DNA from: Escherichia coli
Lineage (GTDB): Bacteria; Pseudomonadota; Gammaproteobacteria; Enterobacterales; Enterobacteriaceae
Strand: one strand, 5' to 3'
Assembly: GCF_044324875.1 (NCBI RefSeq)
Contig: NZ_CP172185.1
DNA length: 64,000 bases
In this document: positions 1 to 10,600 of the stretch, piece by piece
Layout: each line of letters begins with the position of its first letter
Numbering within the stretch: the stretch's first letter is position 1
The notes under the pieces: model-generated
Told to the model about the DNA's origin: nothing
Seen by the model: the letters and a program-made list of their open reading frames with translations, nothing else
Databases searched by the model: none
Program-made: the position numbers and the translations under genes

Positions 1-1238
1 GCGGGTTTGAGTGGCAGATCCCCGGTCTGCGCCGCGAACTGGTGATTGCTCTGATTAAATCGTTGCCGAAACCAGTACGCCGTAATTTTGTGCCCGCGCC
101 AAACTACGCCGAAGCTTTTTTAGGCCGCGTCACACCGCTGGAATTGCCGTTGCTCGACAGCCTTGAACGAGAGCTGCGGCGGATGACTGGCGTCACCGTT
201 GACCGCGAAGACTGGCACTGGGATCAGGTGCCCGATCACCTGAAAATCACCTTCCGCGTGGTGGATGACAAAAACAAGAAGCTAAAAGAAGGGCGCTCAT
301 TACAGGATCTGAAAGATGCTCTGAAAGGCAAAGTGCAGGAAACGCTGTCTGCGGTGGCGGATGACGGTATCGAGCAGAGCGGCTTACATATCTGGAGTTT
401 TGGGCAACTGCCGGAAAGCTACGAACAGAAGCGTGGCAACTACAAAGTGAAGGCGTGGCCAGCGTTGGTGGATGAGCGCGACAGCGTGGCGATCAAACTG
501 TTTGATAACCCGCTGGAACAAAAGCAGGCAATGTGGAACGGTCTTCGCCGTTTACTGCTGCTGAATATTCCGTCGCCAATCAAATATTTGCATGAGAAGT
601 TGCCAAACAAAGCCAAACTTGGGCTGTACTTTAACCCGTATGGCAAAGTGCTGGAGCTGATAGACGACTGTATCTCCTGCGGTGTGGATCAACTGATCGA
701 CGCCAATGGTGGCCCGGTCTGGACGGAAGAAGGCTTTGCTGCGCTGCATGAAAAAGTCCGCGCTGAACTGAACGACACGGTGGTGGATATTGCGAAGCAG
801 GTCGAGCAAATCCTTACGGCAGTGTTCAATATCAACAAACGCCTGAAAGGGCGGGTGGATATGACCATGGCGCTGGGGCTTTCTGACATTAAAGCGCAGA
901 TGGGCGGGCTGGTGTATCGCGGTTTTGTCACTGGCAACGGTTTTAAACGGCTGGGCGACACGCTGCGTTATTTGCAGGCGATTGAAAAACGACTGGAAAA
1001 ACTGGCGGTTGATCCGCATCGCGACCGTGCTCAGATGCTGAAAGTCGAAAATGTCCAGCAGGCGTGGCAGCAGTGGATCAACAAACTGCCGCCTGCACGT
1101 CGTGAGGATGAAGACGTGAAAGAGATCCGTTGGATGATAGAAGAGTTGCGCGTCAGCTACTTCGCTCAACAACTTGGTACGCCTTATCCGATTTCGGATA
1201 AGCGTATTTTGCAGGCGATGGAGCAGATTAGCGGTTAA
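1..1238 (+). CDS. hrpA: ATP-dependent RNA helicase HrpA, C-terminal part (5' end lies upstream of the window; reading frame open from position 3)
   Basis: ORF open to the window start with no stop; translation matches the HrpA C-terminal region; followed by a terminator. Confidence 0.9.
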   Translation, partial: GFEWQIPGLRRELVIALIKSLPKPVRRNFVPAPNYAEAFLGRVTPLELPLLDSLERELRRMTGVTVDREDWHWDQVPDHLKITFRVVDDKNKKLKEGRSLQDLKDALKGKVQETLSAVADDGIEQSGLHIWSFGQLPESYEQKRGNYKVKAWPALVDERDSVAIKLFDNPLEQKQAMWNGLRRLLLLNIPSPIKYLHEKLPNKAKLGLYFNPYGKVLELIDDCISCGVDQLIDANGGPVWTEEGFAALHEKVRAELNDTVVDIAKQVEQILTAVFNINKRLKGRVDMTMALGLSDIKAQMGGLVYRGFVTGNGFKRLGDTLRYLQAIEKRLEKLAVDPHRDRAQMLKVENVQQAWQQWINKLPPARREDEDVKEIRWMIEELRVSYFAQQLGTPYPISDKRILQAMEQISG

Positions 1239-1263
1239 CCCTGCTATTTGCCTGATAAATCTC

Positions 1264-1296
1264 AAACCCGGTAAGCATTTAGCGCCGGGTTTTTTC
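1264..1296 (+). terminator. Rho-independent terminator after hrpA
   Basis: GC stem (cccgg...ccggg) followed by a T-run (ttttttcttt). Confidence 0.6.
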
Positions 1297-1525
1297 TTTA
1301 TGAATTCTGAAAAATAGCAAGGGCGGTACTATTTTACATAAGTTACATTCATACTCTGCCCATGGTAAACAGGACGTATTGCAATGAGTAGGCATGATAT
1401 TTTAATGAGATCGTATTATGAGCGAATAATAGAGCTTGATTGCGTCGGTCAGGCTTTAATCTCTTTCTATGAAAAACTTCCAGAGGAAATTTTATCAGAA
1501 AATAATGGATTGGATTAATAGTATG

Positions 1526-1861
1526 AAAAATGTAGACAATATTATCTGGCATGATGGTGTTTTAGTTGAAACAAGAATGGAATGTCACCACGCCGGGTAT
1601 AATTTTATATTGACGACAGAACTTTATGTTGATGAATTTACAGCCGGAAGGGAACGAAAAAGATTCGAGTTTACAGGAGTGGAACATTTATCGCAGGTTA
1701 TGGATATTGCTGAGCTTATAGATAACCAAAACGCAGGTAATATTAAAGATGCGACAATTGTTTATAAGGCAAAGAAGTATGAAATTTCACTTCATTTGTT
1801 TGGCGGTTTTTTAAGTTTTACATTTAAAACCATGCGAGTTGTTGACAATGAATTTGAGTAA
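1526..1861 (+). CDS. hypothetical small protein (about 111 aa from MKNVDNI; alternative start 1469), AT-rich
   Basis: ORF in a markedly AT-rich segment between hrpA and ydcF; its stop overlaps the start of the next ORF. Confidence 0.35.
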   Translation, partial: KNVDNIIWHDGVLVETRMECHHAGYNFILTTELYVDEFTAGRERKRFEFTGVEHLSQVMDIAELIDNQNAGNIKDATIVYKAKKYEISLHLFGGFLSFTFKTMRVVDNEFE

Positions 1862-2297
1862 TGCCAAATGCGACAAATTGTCTTTTTATGAAGAAAAAAT
1901 CCGCTGGCGAATGCGTCGGCAAATCTCGAATGCAGAGGCAATATTTTACGAGAATCAGGAAGAACACATTCAGCGCTTTTTAGGCAGATATACCTGCCGC
2001 AAACCGGTTCTTGTTTATTGGGAAAGTGAACAAAGATGGACATCTGTAAACGGTCTGGAAGTGATGAGTATGTTTGATGGGCATTGTCATCACATCTACC
2101 TTGATGATATCAATAAAAAAATACAAGCTGAATTACCTGAAGATAAAACATTAGGTTTCAAACGTCAATTGCAATTTTTCAGTTTAGGGGATGAGAAGAT
2201 TAGAATATGGGTGCCACAGGGGGAATTATATTTCGCATTAATGAATGTATTGCAGATGTTCCCCCTGAAGAAAATGGTTAATGACTGGACAAGGTAA
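1848..2297 (+). CDS. hypothetical protein (about 149 aa from MNLSNAKCDK), AT-rich
   Basis: ORF whose ATG overlaps the stop of the preceding ORF (translational coupling); no recognisable motif. Confidence 0.35.
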   Translation: MNLSNAKCDKLSFYEEKIRWRMRRQISNAEAIFYENQEEHIQRFLGRYTCRKPVLVYWESEQRWTSVNGLEVMSMFDGHCHHIYLDDINKKIQAELPEDKTLGFKRQLQFFSLGDEKIRIWVPQGELYFALMNVLQMFPLKKMVNDWTR

Positions 2298-2415
2298 TTT
2301 CAAATCACAGTAATGTCCATCGATTATACATGGTACGTAAACAGACTCGCACCGTTTTTGCAGAAGGTTAATGTGTGTCTATTGAGTGCAGTCTCATATA
2401 TGAAGGGGTATTGAC

Positions 2416-2793
2416 ATGGATGAATGTTTTATAAATATCACTCCGACTTCATTGTCTTTTAAAAACGCCGATCTGTCAGATTTAAGCTATAAAAATGCCA
2501 GGCTTGAACTTACCCTGATATGCCCGGCGATCAAGTCAGAAGTTAAGTTATCATTTGACTGGATACATTCATTTCGTGTTACTGACGAAGGTGATTTGTT
2601 AGGAATGTCAGGAATGCACGGTATTAACCAAACAGGTATCTATAGAGTAGTGAATTCCGCCTATTTTTCATGGTTTACTATGCAAAGTTGTGAAATTTAT
2701 AAAAATAATGTGATCGAGCATTATGTCATTGCCACGTCAAATGATGTTATTGATGTTTTATCAACAGTTTCTCCGCAAATACAGTATGACTAA
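2416..2793 (+). CDS. hypothetical protein (125 aa), AT-rich
   Basis: third same-strand ORF in the AT-rich islet; no recognisable motif. Confidence 0.35.
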   Translation: MDECFINITPTSLSFKNADLSDLSYKNARLELTLICPAIKSEVKLSFDWIHSFRVTDEGDLLGMSGMHGINQTGIYRVVNSAYFSWFTMQSCEIYKNNVIEHYVIATSNDVIDVLSTVSPQIQYD

Positions 2794-2908
2794 AACCAGT
2801 GTCTGGTTCGCGATGGCGAGGTAGAAAAAGCATCATCTTCCTTTCAGAGTGCTCCGCTTCTCATTATTATCTCACGCAGTATTCTTAAGGAAACGATAAG
2901 GAGGAACC

Positions 2909-3709
2909 ATGAACATTACCCCGTTTCCGACGCTTTCGCCGGCAACCATAGATGCCATAAATGTTATCGGTCAGTGGCTGGCGCAGGATGATTTCTCCGG
3001 TGAGATGCCGTATCAGGCCGATTGCGTGATCCTTGCAGGCAATGCGGTTATGCCAACTATCGATGCGGCATGCAAGATTGCCCGCGATCAGCAAATTCCT
3101 CTACTGATTAGTGGTGGTATCGGTCACTCGACAACTTTTTTGTATAGTGCCATCGCACAGCATCCGCACTACAACACTATCCGCACCACTGGCAGAGCAG
3201 AAGCTACCATCCTGGCGGATATCGCTCATCAGTACTGGCACATTCCGCATGAAAAAATCTGGATTGAAGACCAGTCAACAAACTGCGGTGAAAACGCACG
3301 CTTTAGCATCTCGCTATTGAATCAGGCCGTAGAACGAGTTCATACGGCTATCGTTGTTCAGGACCCCACAATGCAGCGGCGCACGATGGCGACGTTCCGC
3401 CGTATGACTGGGGACAATCCCGATGCACCACGCTGGTTAAGTTATCCCGGATTCGTTCCTCAGCTAGGAAACAACGCAGACAGTGTAATCTTTGTTAATC
3501 CGTTGCAAGGATTATGGCCGGTTGAGCGTTATCTCTCACTACTCACTGGCGAGCTGCCACGTTTACGCGATGATAGCGATGGCTACGGTCCACGCGGGCG
3601 AGATTTTATCGTTCACGTTGATTTTCCGGCAGAAGTCATCCAGGCATGGCAAACGCTGAAACACGATGCGGTGCTCATCGAGGCGATGGAAAGTCGCTCG
3701 TTACGTTAA
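2909..3709 (+). CDS. ydcF: DUF218-family protein YdcF
   Basis: 266-aa ORF recognised as YdcF; RBS aaggagg upstream. Confidence 0.9.
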   Translation: MNITPFPTLSPATIDAINVIGQWLAQDDFSGEMPYQADCVILAGNAVMPTIDAACKIARDQQIPLLISGGIGHSTTFLYSAIAQHPHYNTIRTTGRAEATILADIAHQYWHIPHEKIWIEDQSTNCGENARFSISLLNQAVERVHTAIVVQDPTMQRRTMATFRRMTGDNPDAPRWLSYPGFVPQLGNNADSVIFVNPLQGLWPVERYLSLLTGELPRLRDDSDGYGPRGRDFIVHVDFPAEVIQAWQTLKHDAVLIEAMESRSLR

Positions 3710-3905
3710 AAATTGCCCGTTTGTTAACCATTTGTTTGCAAACGGGCATGACTCCTGACGTTTATTTCTGCCTTTTATTCCTTTTACACTTGTTTTTATG
3801 AAGCCCTTCACAGAATTGTCCTTTCACGATGCCGTCTCTATGATGATTGATGTTAATTAACAATGCATTTACCAATAACAAACATATAAATCACAGGAGT
3901 CGCCC

Positions 3906-5345
3906 ATGTCAGTACCCGTTCAACATCCTATGTATATCGATGGACAGTTTGTTACCTGGCGTGGAGACGCATGGATTGATGTGGTAAACCCTGCTACAGA
4001 GGCGGTCATTTCCCGCATTCCCGATGGTCAGGCCGAGGATGCCCGTAAGGCAATCGATGCAGCAGAACGTGCACAACCAGAATGGGAAGCGTTGCCTGCC
4101 ATTGAACGCGCCAGTTGGTTGCGCAAAATCTCCGCCGGGATCCGAGAACGCGCCAGTGAAATCAGTGCGCTGATTGTTGAAGAAGGGGGCAAGATCCAGC
4201 AGCTGGCTGAAGTCGAAGTGGCTTTTACTGCGGACTATATCGATTACATGGCGGAGTGGGCACGGCGTTATGAAGGCGAGATTATTCAAAGCGATCGTCC
4301 AGGAGAAAATATTCTTCTGTTTAAACGTGCGCTTGGCGTGACTACCGGCATTCTGCCGTGGAACTTCCCGTTCTTCCTCATTGCCCGCAAAATGGCTCCC
4401 GCTCTTTTGACCGGTAATACCATCGTCATTAAACCCAGTGAATTTACGCCAAACAATGCGATTGCTTTTGCCAAAATTGTCGATGAAATAGGCCTTCCAC
4501 GCGGTGTGTTTAACCTTGTGCTAGGGCGTGGTGAAACCGTTGGGCAAGAACTGGCGGGTAACCCAAAGGTCGCAATGGTCAGTATGACAGGCAGCGTCTC
4601 TGCAGGTGAAAAGATCATGGCGACTGCAGCAAAAAATATCACAAAAGTGTGTCTGGAATTGGGTGGTAAAGCACCAGCTATCGTAATGGACGATGCCGAT
4701 CTTGAACTGGCAGTCAAAGCCATCGTTGATTCACGCGTCATTAATAGTGGGCAAGTGTGTAACTGTGCAGAACGTGTTTATGTACAGAAAGGCATTTATG
4801 ATCAGTTCGTCAATCGGCTGGGTGAAGCGATGCAGGCGGTGCAATTTGGTAACCCCGCTGAACGCAACGACATTGCGATGGGGCCGTTGATTAACGCCTC
4901 GGCGCTGGAAAGGGTCGAGCAAAAAGTGGCGCGCGCAGTAGAAGAGGGGGCGAGAGTGGCGTTGGGGGGCAAGGCAGTAGAGGGGAAAGGATATTATTAT
5001 CCGCCGACATTGCTGCTGGATGTTCGCCAGGAAATGTCGATTATGCACGAGGAAACCTTTGGCCCGGTGCTGCCAGTGGTCGCATTTGACACGCTGGAAG
5101 AGGCTATCGCAATGGCTAATGACAGTGATTACGGCCTGACCTCATCAATCTATACCCAAAATTTGAACGTCGCGATGAAAGCCATTAAAGGGCTGAAGTT
5201 TGGTGAAACTTACATTAACCGTGAAAACTTCGAAGCTATGCAAGGCTTCCACGCCGGATGGCGTAAATCCGGTATTGGCGGCGCAGATGGTAAACATGGC
5301 TTGCATGAATACCTGCAGACCCAGGTGGTTTATTTACAGTCGTAA
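3906..5345 (+). CDS. aldA: lactaldehyde dehydrogenase
   Basis: 479-aa ORF recognised as AldA (aldehyde dehydrogenase family). Confidence 0.95.
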   Translation: MSVPVQHPMYIDGQFVTWRGDAWIDVVNPATEAVISRIPDGQAEDARKAIDAAERAQPEWEALPAIERASWLRKISAGIRERASEISALIVEEGGKIQQLAEVEVAFTADYIDYMAEWARRYEGEIIQSDRPGENILLFKRALGVTTGILPWNFPFFLIARKMAPALLTGNTIVIKPSEFTPNNAIAFAKIVDEIGLPRGVFNLVLGRGETVGQELAGNPKVAMVSMTGSVSAGEKIMATAAKNITKVCLELGGKAPAIVMDDADLELAVKAIVDSRVINSGQVCNCAERVYVQKGIYDQFVNRLGEAMQAVQFGNPAERNDIAMGPLINASALERVEQKVARAVEEGARVALGGKAVEGKGYYYPPTLLLDVRQEMSIMHEETFGPVLPVVAFDTLEEAIAMANDSDYGLTSSIYTQNLNVAMKAIKGLKFGETYINRENFEAMQGFHAGWRKSGIGGADGKHGLHEYLQTQVVYLQS

Positions 5346-5355
5346 TGAGTGAAAG

Positions 5356-5379
5356 AGGCGGAGGTTTTTCCCTCCGCCT
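5356..5379. terminator. bidirectional stem-loop terminator between convergent aldA and gapC
   Basis: perfect hairpin aggcggagg-tttttc-cctccgcct. Confidence 0.6.
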
Positions 5380-5386
5380 TTGCGCG

Positions 5387-6388
5387 TCAGAGTTTAGCGA
5401 ATTTTTCGAGGGTGCGAATAAGCTGCGTGACGAAGCCATATTCGTTATCGTACCAGGCGACCGTTTTCACCAGTTGTAAATCGCCCACGGCGGTAATTTC
5501 CGTTTGCGTGGCATCAAACACCGACCCGAAATGGCTGCCAATGATATCAGAAGAGACTATTTCTTCATCGGTATAACCAAATGACTCGTTATTGTTTGTC
5601 GCCTTTTTAAGCGCGTTGTTCACCTCTTCGGCAGTCACTTTTTTTCCAAGAATAGACACCAGTTCAGTCACCGAACCTGTTTTCACGGGTACGCGTTGCG
5701 CATGACCTTTCAGTTTGCCGCTCAGTTCCGGGATCACCAGACCAATGGCTTTTGCCGCACCTGTAGTGTGGGGAATGATATTTTCTGCCGCTGCACGTGA
5801 AGCGCGTAGATCTTTACCTCGCGGACCATCCACCAGTGACTGAGTGCCGGTATAGGCATGAATGGTCGTCATCGTGCCGACTTCTATTCCGAAACTGTCG
5901 TGCAAGGCTTTGGCCATCGGTGCAAGACAGTTAGTGGTGCATGACGCCACGGAAACAATGGTGTCGTTGCCATCCAGTGTGTCGTCATTGACGTTATAAA
6001 CGATGGTTTTCATTTCACCGGCAGGGGCGGAAATCAACACTTTCTTCGCACCAGCATCAAGATGCGCCTGCGATTTCTCGGCGGAGGTATAAAAGCCAGT
6101 ACATTCGACAATGATTTCTGCGCCTTTCGCTTTCCATGGAATATTTTTAGCCTCTTTTTCGGCGTAAACCGCGATACTTTTTCCATCAACGATAAGTGAA
6201 TCTTCCGTAAAATCAACGCGCCAGGGGAACGGACCATAGTTTGAATCATGTTTCAGCAGATAGGCGAGAATTTTTGGGGAAGTGAGATCATTAATAGCAA
6301 CAATGTCTATGTTGCTTTTGACTTCAAGTAATCGACGCAACACCAGTCGACCGATACGACCAAAACCGTTAATACCAACTTTACTCAT
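5387..6388 (-). CDS. gapC: glyceraldehyde-3-phosphate dehydrogenase GapC (intact)
   Basis: uninterrupted 333-aa ORF with the GAPDH N-terminal NAD-binding motif [10 protein letters not shown] and active-site region SCTTNCLAP. Confidence 0.9.
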   Translation of the reverse strand: MSKVGINGFGRIGRLVLRRLLEVKSNIDIVAINDLTSPKILAYLLKHDSNYGPFPWRVDFTEDSLIVDGKSIAVYAEKEAKNIPWKAKGAEIIVECTGFYTSAEKSQAHLDAGAKKVLISAPAGEMKTIVYNVNDDTLDGNDTIVSVASCTTNCLAPMAKALHDSFGIEVGTMTTIHAYTGTQSLVDGPRGKDLRASRAAAENIIPHTTGAAKAIGLVIPELSGKLKGHAQRVPVKTGSVTELVSILGKKVTAEEVNNALKKATNNNESFGYTDEEIVSSDIIGSHFGSVFDATQTEITAVGDLQLVKTVAWYDNEYGFVTQLIRTLEKFAKL

Positions 6389-6576
6389 GGTCTTCTCCTG
6401 TCAGGAACGTTCGGATGAAAATTGATCCTTTCCAGGCTTAGACCAGGATGGCGGGATGGGCAATCTACATTCTTGCCGTGAAACGTAACGTACTGAAAAC
6501 GGGTGAACAATATTTAATGAAATTTTAAGAAAAGCTCGTTATGTTAACGGAAAATTGTTTTAAAGCAGGAAATGTT

Positions 6577-7107
6577 ATGGAAAATAAATACTCAAGGTTA
6601 CAAATCAGCATTCACTGGCTGGTCTTTTTGCTGGTTATCGCAGCGTATTGCGCAATGGAGTTTCGTGGTTTCTTCCCACGTAGCGATCGGCCGCTCATCA
6701 ACATGATTCATGTTTCCTGTGGCATCACAATTCTCGTGCTGATGGTGATTCGTCTTTTGTTAAGGCTGAAATACCCAACCCCGCCGATTATACCTAAGCC
6801 AAAACCGATGATGACGGGACTGGCGCATTTGGGACATTTGGTGATCTATCTCCTGTTTATTGCGCTGCCAGTGATTGGTTTGGTGATGATGTATAACCGG
6901 GGCAACCCGTGGTTTGCGTTTGGTATGACGATGCCTTATGCATCAGAGGCCAATTTCGAACGGGTTGATAGCTTAAAGTCGTGGCATGAAACGCTGGCAA
7001 ATCTGGGATACTTTGTCATCGGGTTGCACGCTGCGGCTGCACTGGCACACCACTATTTCTGGAAGGACAACACACTTCTACGCATGATGCCGCGTAAACG
7101 TTCCTGA
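6577..7107 (+). CDS. cybB: cytochrome b561
   Basis: 176-aa membrane protein from MENKYS; ORF-track start at 6541 is an upstream extension. Confidence 0.9.
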   Translation: MENKYSRLQISIHWLVFLLVIAAYCAMEFRGFFPRSDRPLINMIHVSCGITILVLMVIRLLLRLKYPTPPIIPKPKPMMTGLAHLGHLVIYLLFIALPVIGLVMMYNRGNPWFAFGMTMPYASEANFERVDSLKSWHETLANLGYFVIGLHAAAALAHHYFWKDNTLLRMMPRKRS

Positions 7108-7391
7108 AGGATATTTAAAGAAAACGCCTGTACTAAAACCGACCCGTGGTACAGGCGAAGAATACGGGTCTACATCGGAAGCGCCTATTATATTTATTTG
7201 TATGACAAATAAAACCATAATCCTGGTCCATACGTCCATCTGGCTTATCTTTAATCAATTCACCCGATCTTTGATCTCATCAACGGTATCAAAATAAACC
7301 AGCGTATAACGTTCAAATCGAACATAAGATTCGATAGGTGATGCTGCCAACTTACTGATTTAGTGTATGATGGTGTTTTTGAGGTGCTCCA

Positions 7392-7667
7392 GTGGCTTCT
7401 GTTTCTATCAGCTGTCCCTCCTGTTCAGCTACTGACGGGGTGGTGCGTAACGGCAAAAGCACCGCCGGACATCAGCGCTATCTCTGCTCTCACTGCCGTA
7501 AAACATGGCAACTGCAGTTCACTTACACCGCTTCTCAACCCGGTACGCACCAGAAAATCATTGATATGGCCATGAATGGCGTTGGATGCCGGGCAACTGC
7601 CCGCATTATGGGCGTTGGCCTCAACACGATTTTACGTCACTTAAAAAACTCAGGCCGCAGTCGGTAA
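7392..7667 (+). CDS. insA: IS1 InsA
   Basis: 91-aa ORF recognised as IS1 InsA. Confidence 0.9.
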
Positions 7668-8089
7668 CCTCGCGCATACAGCCGGGCAGTGACGTCATCG
7701 TCTGCGCGGAAATGGACGAACAGTGGGGCTATGTCGGGGCTAAATCGCGCCAGCGCTGGCTGTTTTACGCGTATGACAGGCTCCGGAAGACGGTTGTTGC
7801 GCACGTATTCGGTGAACGCACTATGGCGACGCTGGGGCGTCTTATGAGCCTGCTGTCACCCTTTGACGTGGTGATATGGATGACGGATGGCTGGCCACTG
7901 TATGAATCCCGCCTGAAGGGAAAGCTGCACGTAATCAGCAAGCGATATACGCAGCGAATTGAGCGGCATAACCTGAATCTGAGGCAGCACCTGGCACGGC
8001 TGGGACGGAAGTCGCTGTCGTTCTCAAAATCGGTGGAGCTGCATGACAAAGTCATCGGGCATTATCTGAACATAAAACACTATCAATAA
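7586..8089 (+). CDS. insB: IS1 InsB' (expressed as InsAB' by -1 frameshift)
   Basis: 167-aa ORF overlapping insA in the -1 frame, as in IS1. Confidence 0.9.
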
Positions 8090-8128
8090 GTTGGAGTCAT
8101 TACCGATTCGATAAACCATGGAGGTTAT

Positions 8129-8302
8129 ATGAAAAAACTGGCACTCATCTTTGTTATAGGAGCGCTTGTTTCCTTTTATGCCGATGCCGGGCGCAAACCC
8201 TGTTCTGGTTCGAAAGGGGGGATCTCACACTGTACGGCAGGCGGCAAATTTGTCTGTAATGATGGTTCTATTAGTGCATCGAAAAAAACATGCACTAACT
8301 GA
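8129..8302 (+). CDS. ydcA: small secreted protein YdcA (57 aa)
   Basis: short ORF with signal peptide, translated by hand (below the ORF-track length cutoff); RBS ggagg upstream. Confidence 0.8.
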   Translation: MKKLALIFVIGALVSFYADAGRKPCSGSKGGISHCTAGGKFVCNDGSISASKKTCTN

Positions 8303-8374
8303 AGCGTAAAAAGGGGTGCCATGAGAAAATGAATCTGCTAGTCAGATGCGCGGGGAAAATCCCCGCGCTTGCCC

Positions 8375-8564
<190 letters not shown>

Positions 8565-8582
<18 letters not shown>

Positions 8583-8630
8583 TCGTTGGCCTCGGTTGAT
8601 AGAAATATCGGTCGGGGCCTTCGTCTTTCT
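8565..8630 (+). ncRNA. sokB: approximate position of SokB antisense RNA (placed by analogy with hok/sok loci)
   Basis: inferred from hok/sok architecture only; ends not determined from sequence. Confidence 0.25.
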
Positions 8631-8856
8631 GATTCCCGGTTAGCCTGAAAACAGAAAGTCTCAGGCACCCGTGAGCATCCTATGTGGTTTCCTTAGGGAC
8701 GAAAATAATCACCTGACGAAATTGCGTGCTGTTTTCCAGAATTTTTCGTCATTCGGTTTAGCCAGTTTAATCATTCGTTACTCTCTTCATTCCAATGGCA
8801 TTATTCTTCTCTGCCATAATTGTTGTAAAAATGTGACGCAAAGAGGTTTTTGGTCG

Positions 8857-8883
8857 TAAGAAATTACCGTCAAGTGCCGATGA
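8857..8883 (+). promoter_or_regulatory. sigma-28 (FliA) type promoter upstream of trg
   Basis: taagaaat-N11-gccgatga resembles the FliA consensus TAAAGTTT-N11-GCCGATAA, about 40 bp upstream of the trg ATG. Confidence 0.5.
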
Positions 8884-8922
8884 CTTTCTATCAGGAGTAA
8901 ACCTGGAAGAGAGTCAACGGTA

Positions 8923-10563
8923 ATGAATACAACTCCCTCACAGCGATTAGGTTTTTTGCATCACATCAGGCTGGTTCCGTTATTTGCCTGCATTCTTGGC
9001 GGTATCTTAGTTCTATTCGCATTAAGTTCAGCTCTGGCTGGCTATTTCCTCTGGCAGGCCGATCGCGATCAGCGTGATGTTACTGCGGAGATTGAGATTC
9101 GGACCGGGTTAGCGAACAGTTCAGATTTTTTGCGTTCAGCCCGGATCAATATGATTCAGGCCGGTGCTGCGAGTCGTATTGCGGAAATGGAAGCAATGAA
9201 GCGAAATATTGCGCAAGCCGAATCGGAGATTAAACAGTCGCAGCAAGGTTATCGTGCTTATCAGAATCGGTCGGTGAAAACACCTGCTGATGAAGCCCTC
9301 GACACTGAATTAAATCAACGCTTCCAGGCTTATATCACGGGTATGCAACCGATGTTGAAATATGCCAAAAATGGCATGTTTGAAGCGATTATCAATCATG
9401 AAAGTGAGCAGATCCGACCGCTGGATAATGCTTATACCGATATTTTGAGCAAAGCCGTTAAGATACGTAGCACCAGAGCCAACCAACTGGCGGAACTGGC
9501 CCATCAGCGCACCCGCCTGGGTGGGATGTTCATGATTGGCGCGTTTGTGCTTGCCCTGGTCATGACGCTGATAACATTTATGGTGCTACGTCGGATCGTC
9601 ATTCGTCCATTGCAACATGCCGCACAACGGATTGAAAAAATCGCCAGTGGCGATCTGACGATGAATGATGATCCGGCAGGTCGTAATGAAATCGGTCGCT
9701 TAAGTCGTCATTTACAGCAAATGCAGCATTCACTGGGGATGACAGTAGGGACCGTTCGACAGGGCGCGGAAGAGATTTATCGTGGCACCAGCGAAATTTC
9801 CGCTGGCAATGCGGACCTTTCATCTCGCACCGAAGAACAAGCGGCGGCAATTGAACAAACTGCCGCCAGCATGGAGCAACTCACTGCGACGGTGAAACAG
9901 AATACAGATAACGCGCATCATGCCAGCAAACTGGCGCAGGAGGCTTCTATTAAAGCCAGCGATGGCGGGCAGACGGTTTCCGGTGTAGTAAAAACGATGG
10001 GCGCTATCTCCACGAGTTCGAAGAAAATTTCCGAGATCACCGCCGTCATCAACAGTATTGCTTTCCAGACGAATATTCTGGCACTGAATGCTGCCGTTGA
10101 AGCCGCGCGAGCGGGTGAGCAAGGGCGTGGATTTGCCGTTGTCGCCAGCGAAGTACGGACACTCGCAAGCCGCAGCGCCCAGGCGGCGAAAGAGATTGAA
10201 GGCTTGATCAGTGAATCAGTCAGGTTAATTGACCTGGGGTCGGATGAGGTAGCAACGGCAGGGAAAACCATGAGCACTATTGTTGATGCCGTCGCGAGTG
10301 TCACACATATCATGCAGGAAATCGCCGCCGCCTCGGATGAACAAAGCAGAGGCATAACACAGGTTAGCCAGGCGATTTCTGAAATGGATAAGGTGACGCA
10401 ACAGAATGCTTCTCTGGTAGAAGAGGCCTCAGCGGCGGCGGTGTCCCTTGAAGAACAGGCGGCACGATTAACTGAGGCGGTGGACGTATTCCGTCTGAAC
10501 AAACATTCTGTGTCGGCCGAACCTCGCGGAGCGGGTGAACCAGTTAGATTCGCTACGGTGTGA
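8923..10563 (+). CDS. trg: methyl-accepting chemotaxis protein III (ribose/galactose)
   Basis: 546-aa ORF with two TM segments, HAMP and conserved MCP signalling domain. Confidence 0.95.
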   Translation: MNTTPSQRLGFLHHIRLVPLFACILGGILVLFALSSALAGYFLWQADRDQRDVTAEIEIRTGLANSSDFLRSARINMIQAGAASRIAEMEAMKRNIAQAESEIKQSQQGYRAYQNRSVKTPADEALDTELNQRFQAYITGMQPMLKYAKNGMFEAIINHESEQIRPLDNAYTDILSKAVKIRSTRANQLAELAHQRTRLGGMFMIGAFVLALVMTLITFMVLRRIVIRPLQHAAQRIEKIASGDLTMNDDPAGRNEIGRLSRHLQQMQHSLGMTVGTVRQGAEEIYRGTSEISAGNADLSSRTEEQAAAIEQTAASMEQLTATVKQNTDNAHHASKLAQEASIKASDGGQTVSGVVKTMGAISTSSKKISEITAVINSIAFQTNILALNAAVEAARAGEQGRGFAVVASEVRTLASRSAQAAKEIEGLISESVRLIDLGSDEVATAGKTMSTIVDAVASVTHIMQEIAAASDEQSRGITQVSQAISEMDKVTQQNASLVEEASAAAVSLEEQAARLTEAVDVFRLNKHSVSAEPRGAGEPVRFATV

Positions 10564-10576
10564 AAATGTTAAAGGA

Positions 10577-10592
10577 GGGATCGACAGATCCC
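10577..10592. terminator. stem-loop between convergent trg and ydcI
   Basis: palindrome gggatcgacagatccc. Confidence 0.4.
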
Positions 10593-10600
10593 TTCACCTT

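Larger units (their letters stand above)
7337..8104 (+). mobile_element. IS1 insertion sequence, 768 bp, flanked by a 9-bp target-site duplication gattcgata (7328-7336 and 8105-8113)
   Basis: IS1 terminal inverted repeats (ggtgatgctgccaactta ... taagttggagtcattacc), insA and insB' ORFs, and identical 9-bp direct repeats on both flanks. Confidence 0.95.

Noticed and set aside
552-1265. 237-aa ORF on the minus strand, with many similar long antisense ORFs elsewhere (e.g. 9918-10502, 21526-22275, 26453-27094, 48113-48604, 45158-45712)
   Set aside because: Each lies entirely antisense within a well-supported conserved gene (hrpA, trg, ydcP, ydcS, istA, vgrG); typical spurious ORFs in GC-rich coding DNA.
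7363-7575. 70-aa ORF overlapping insA in another frame
   Set aside because: Lies within IS1 and overlaps the recognised insA; not a known IS1 product.
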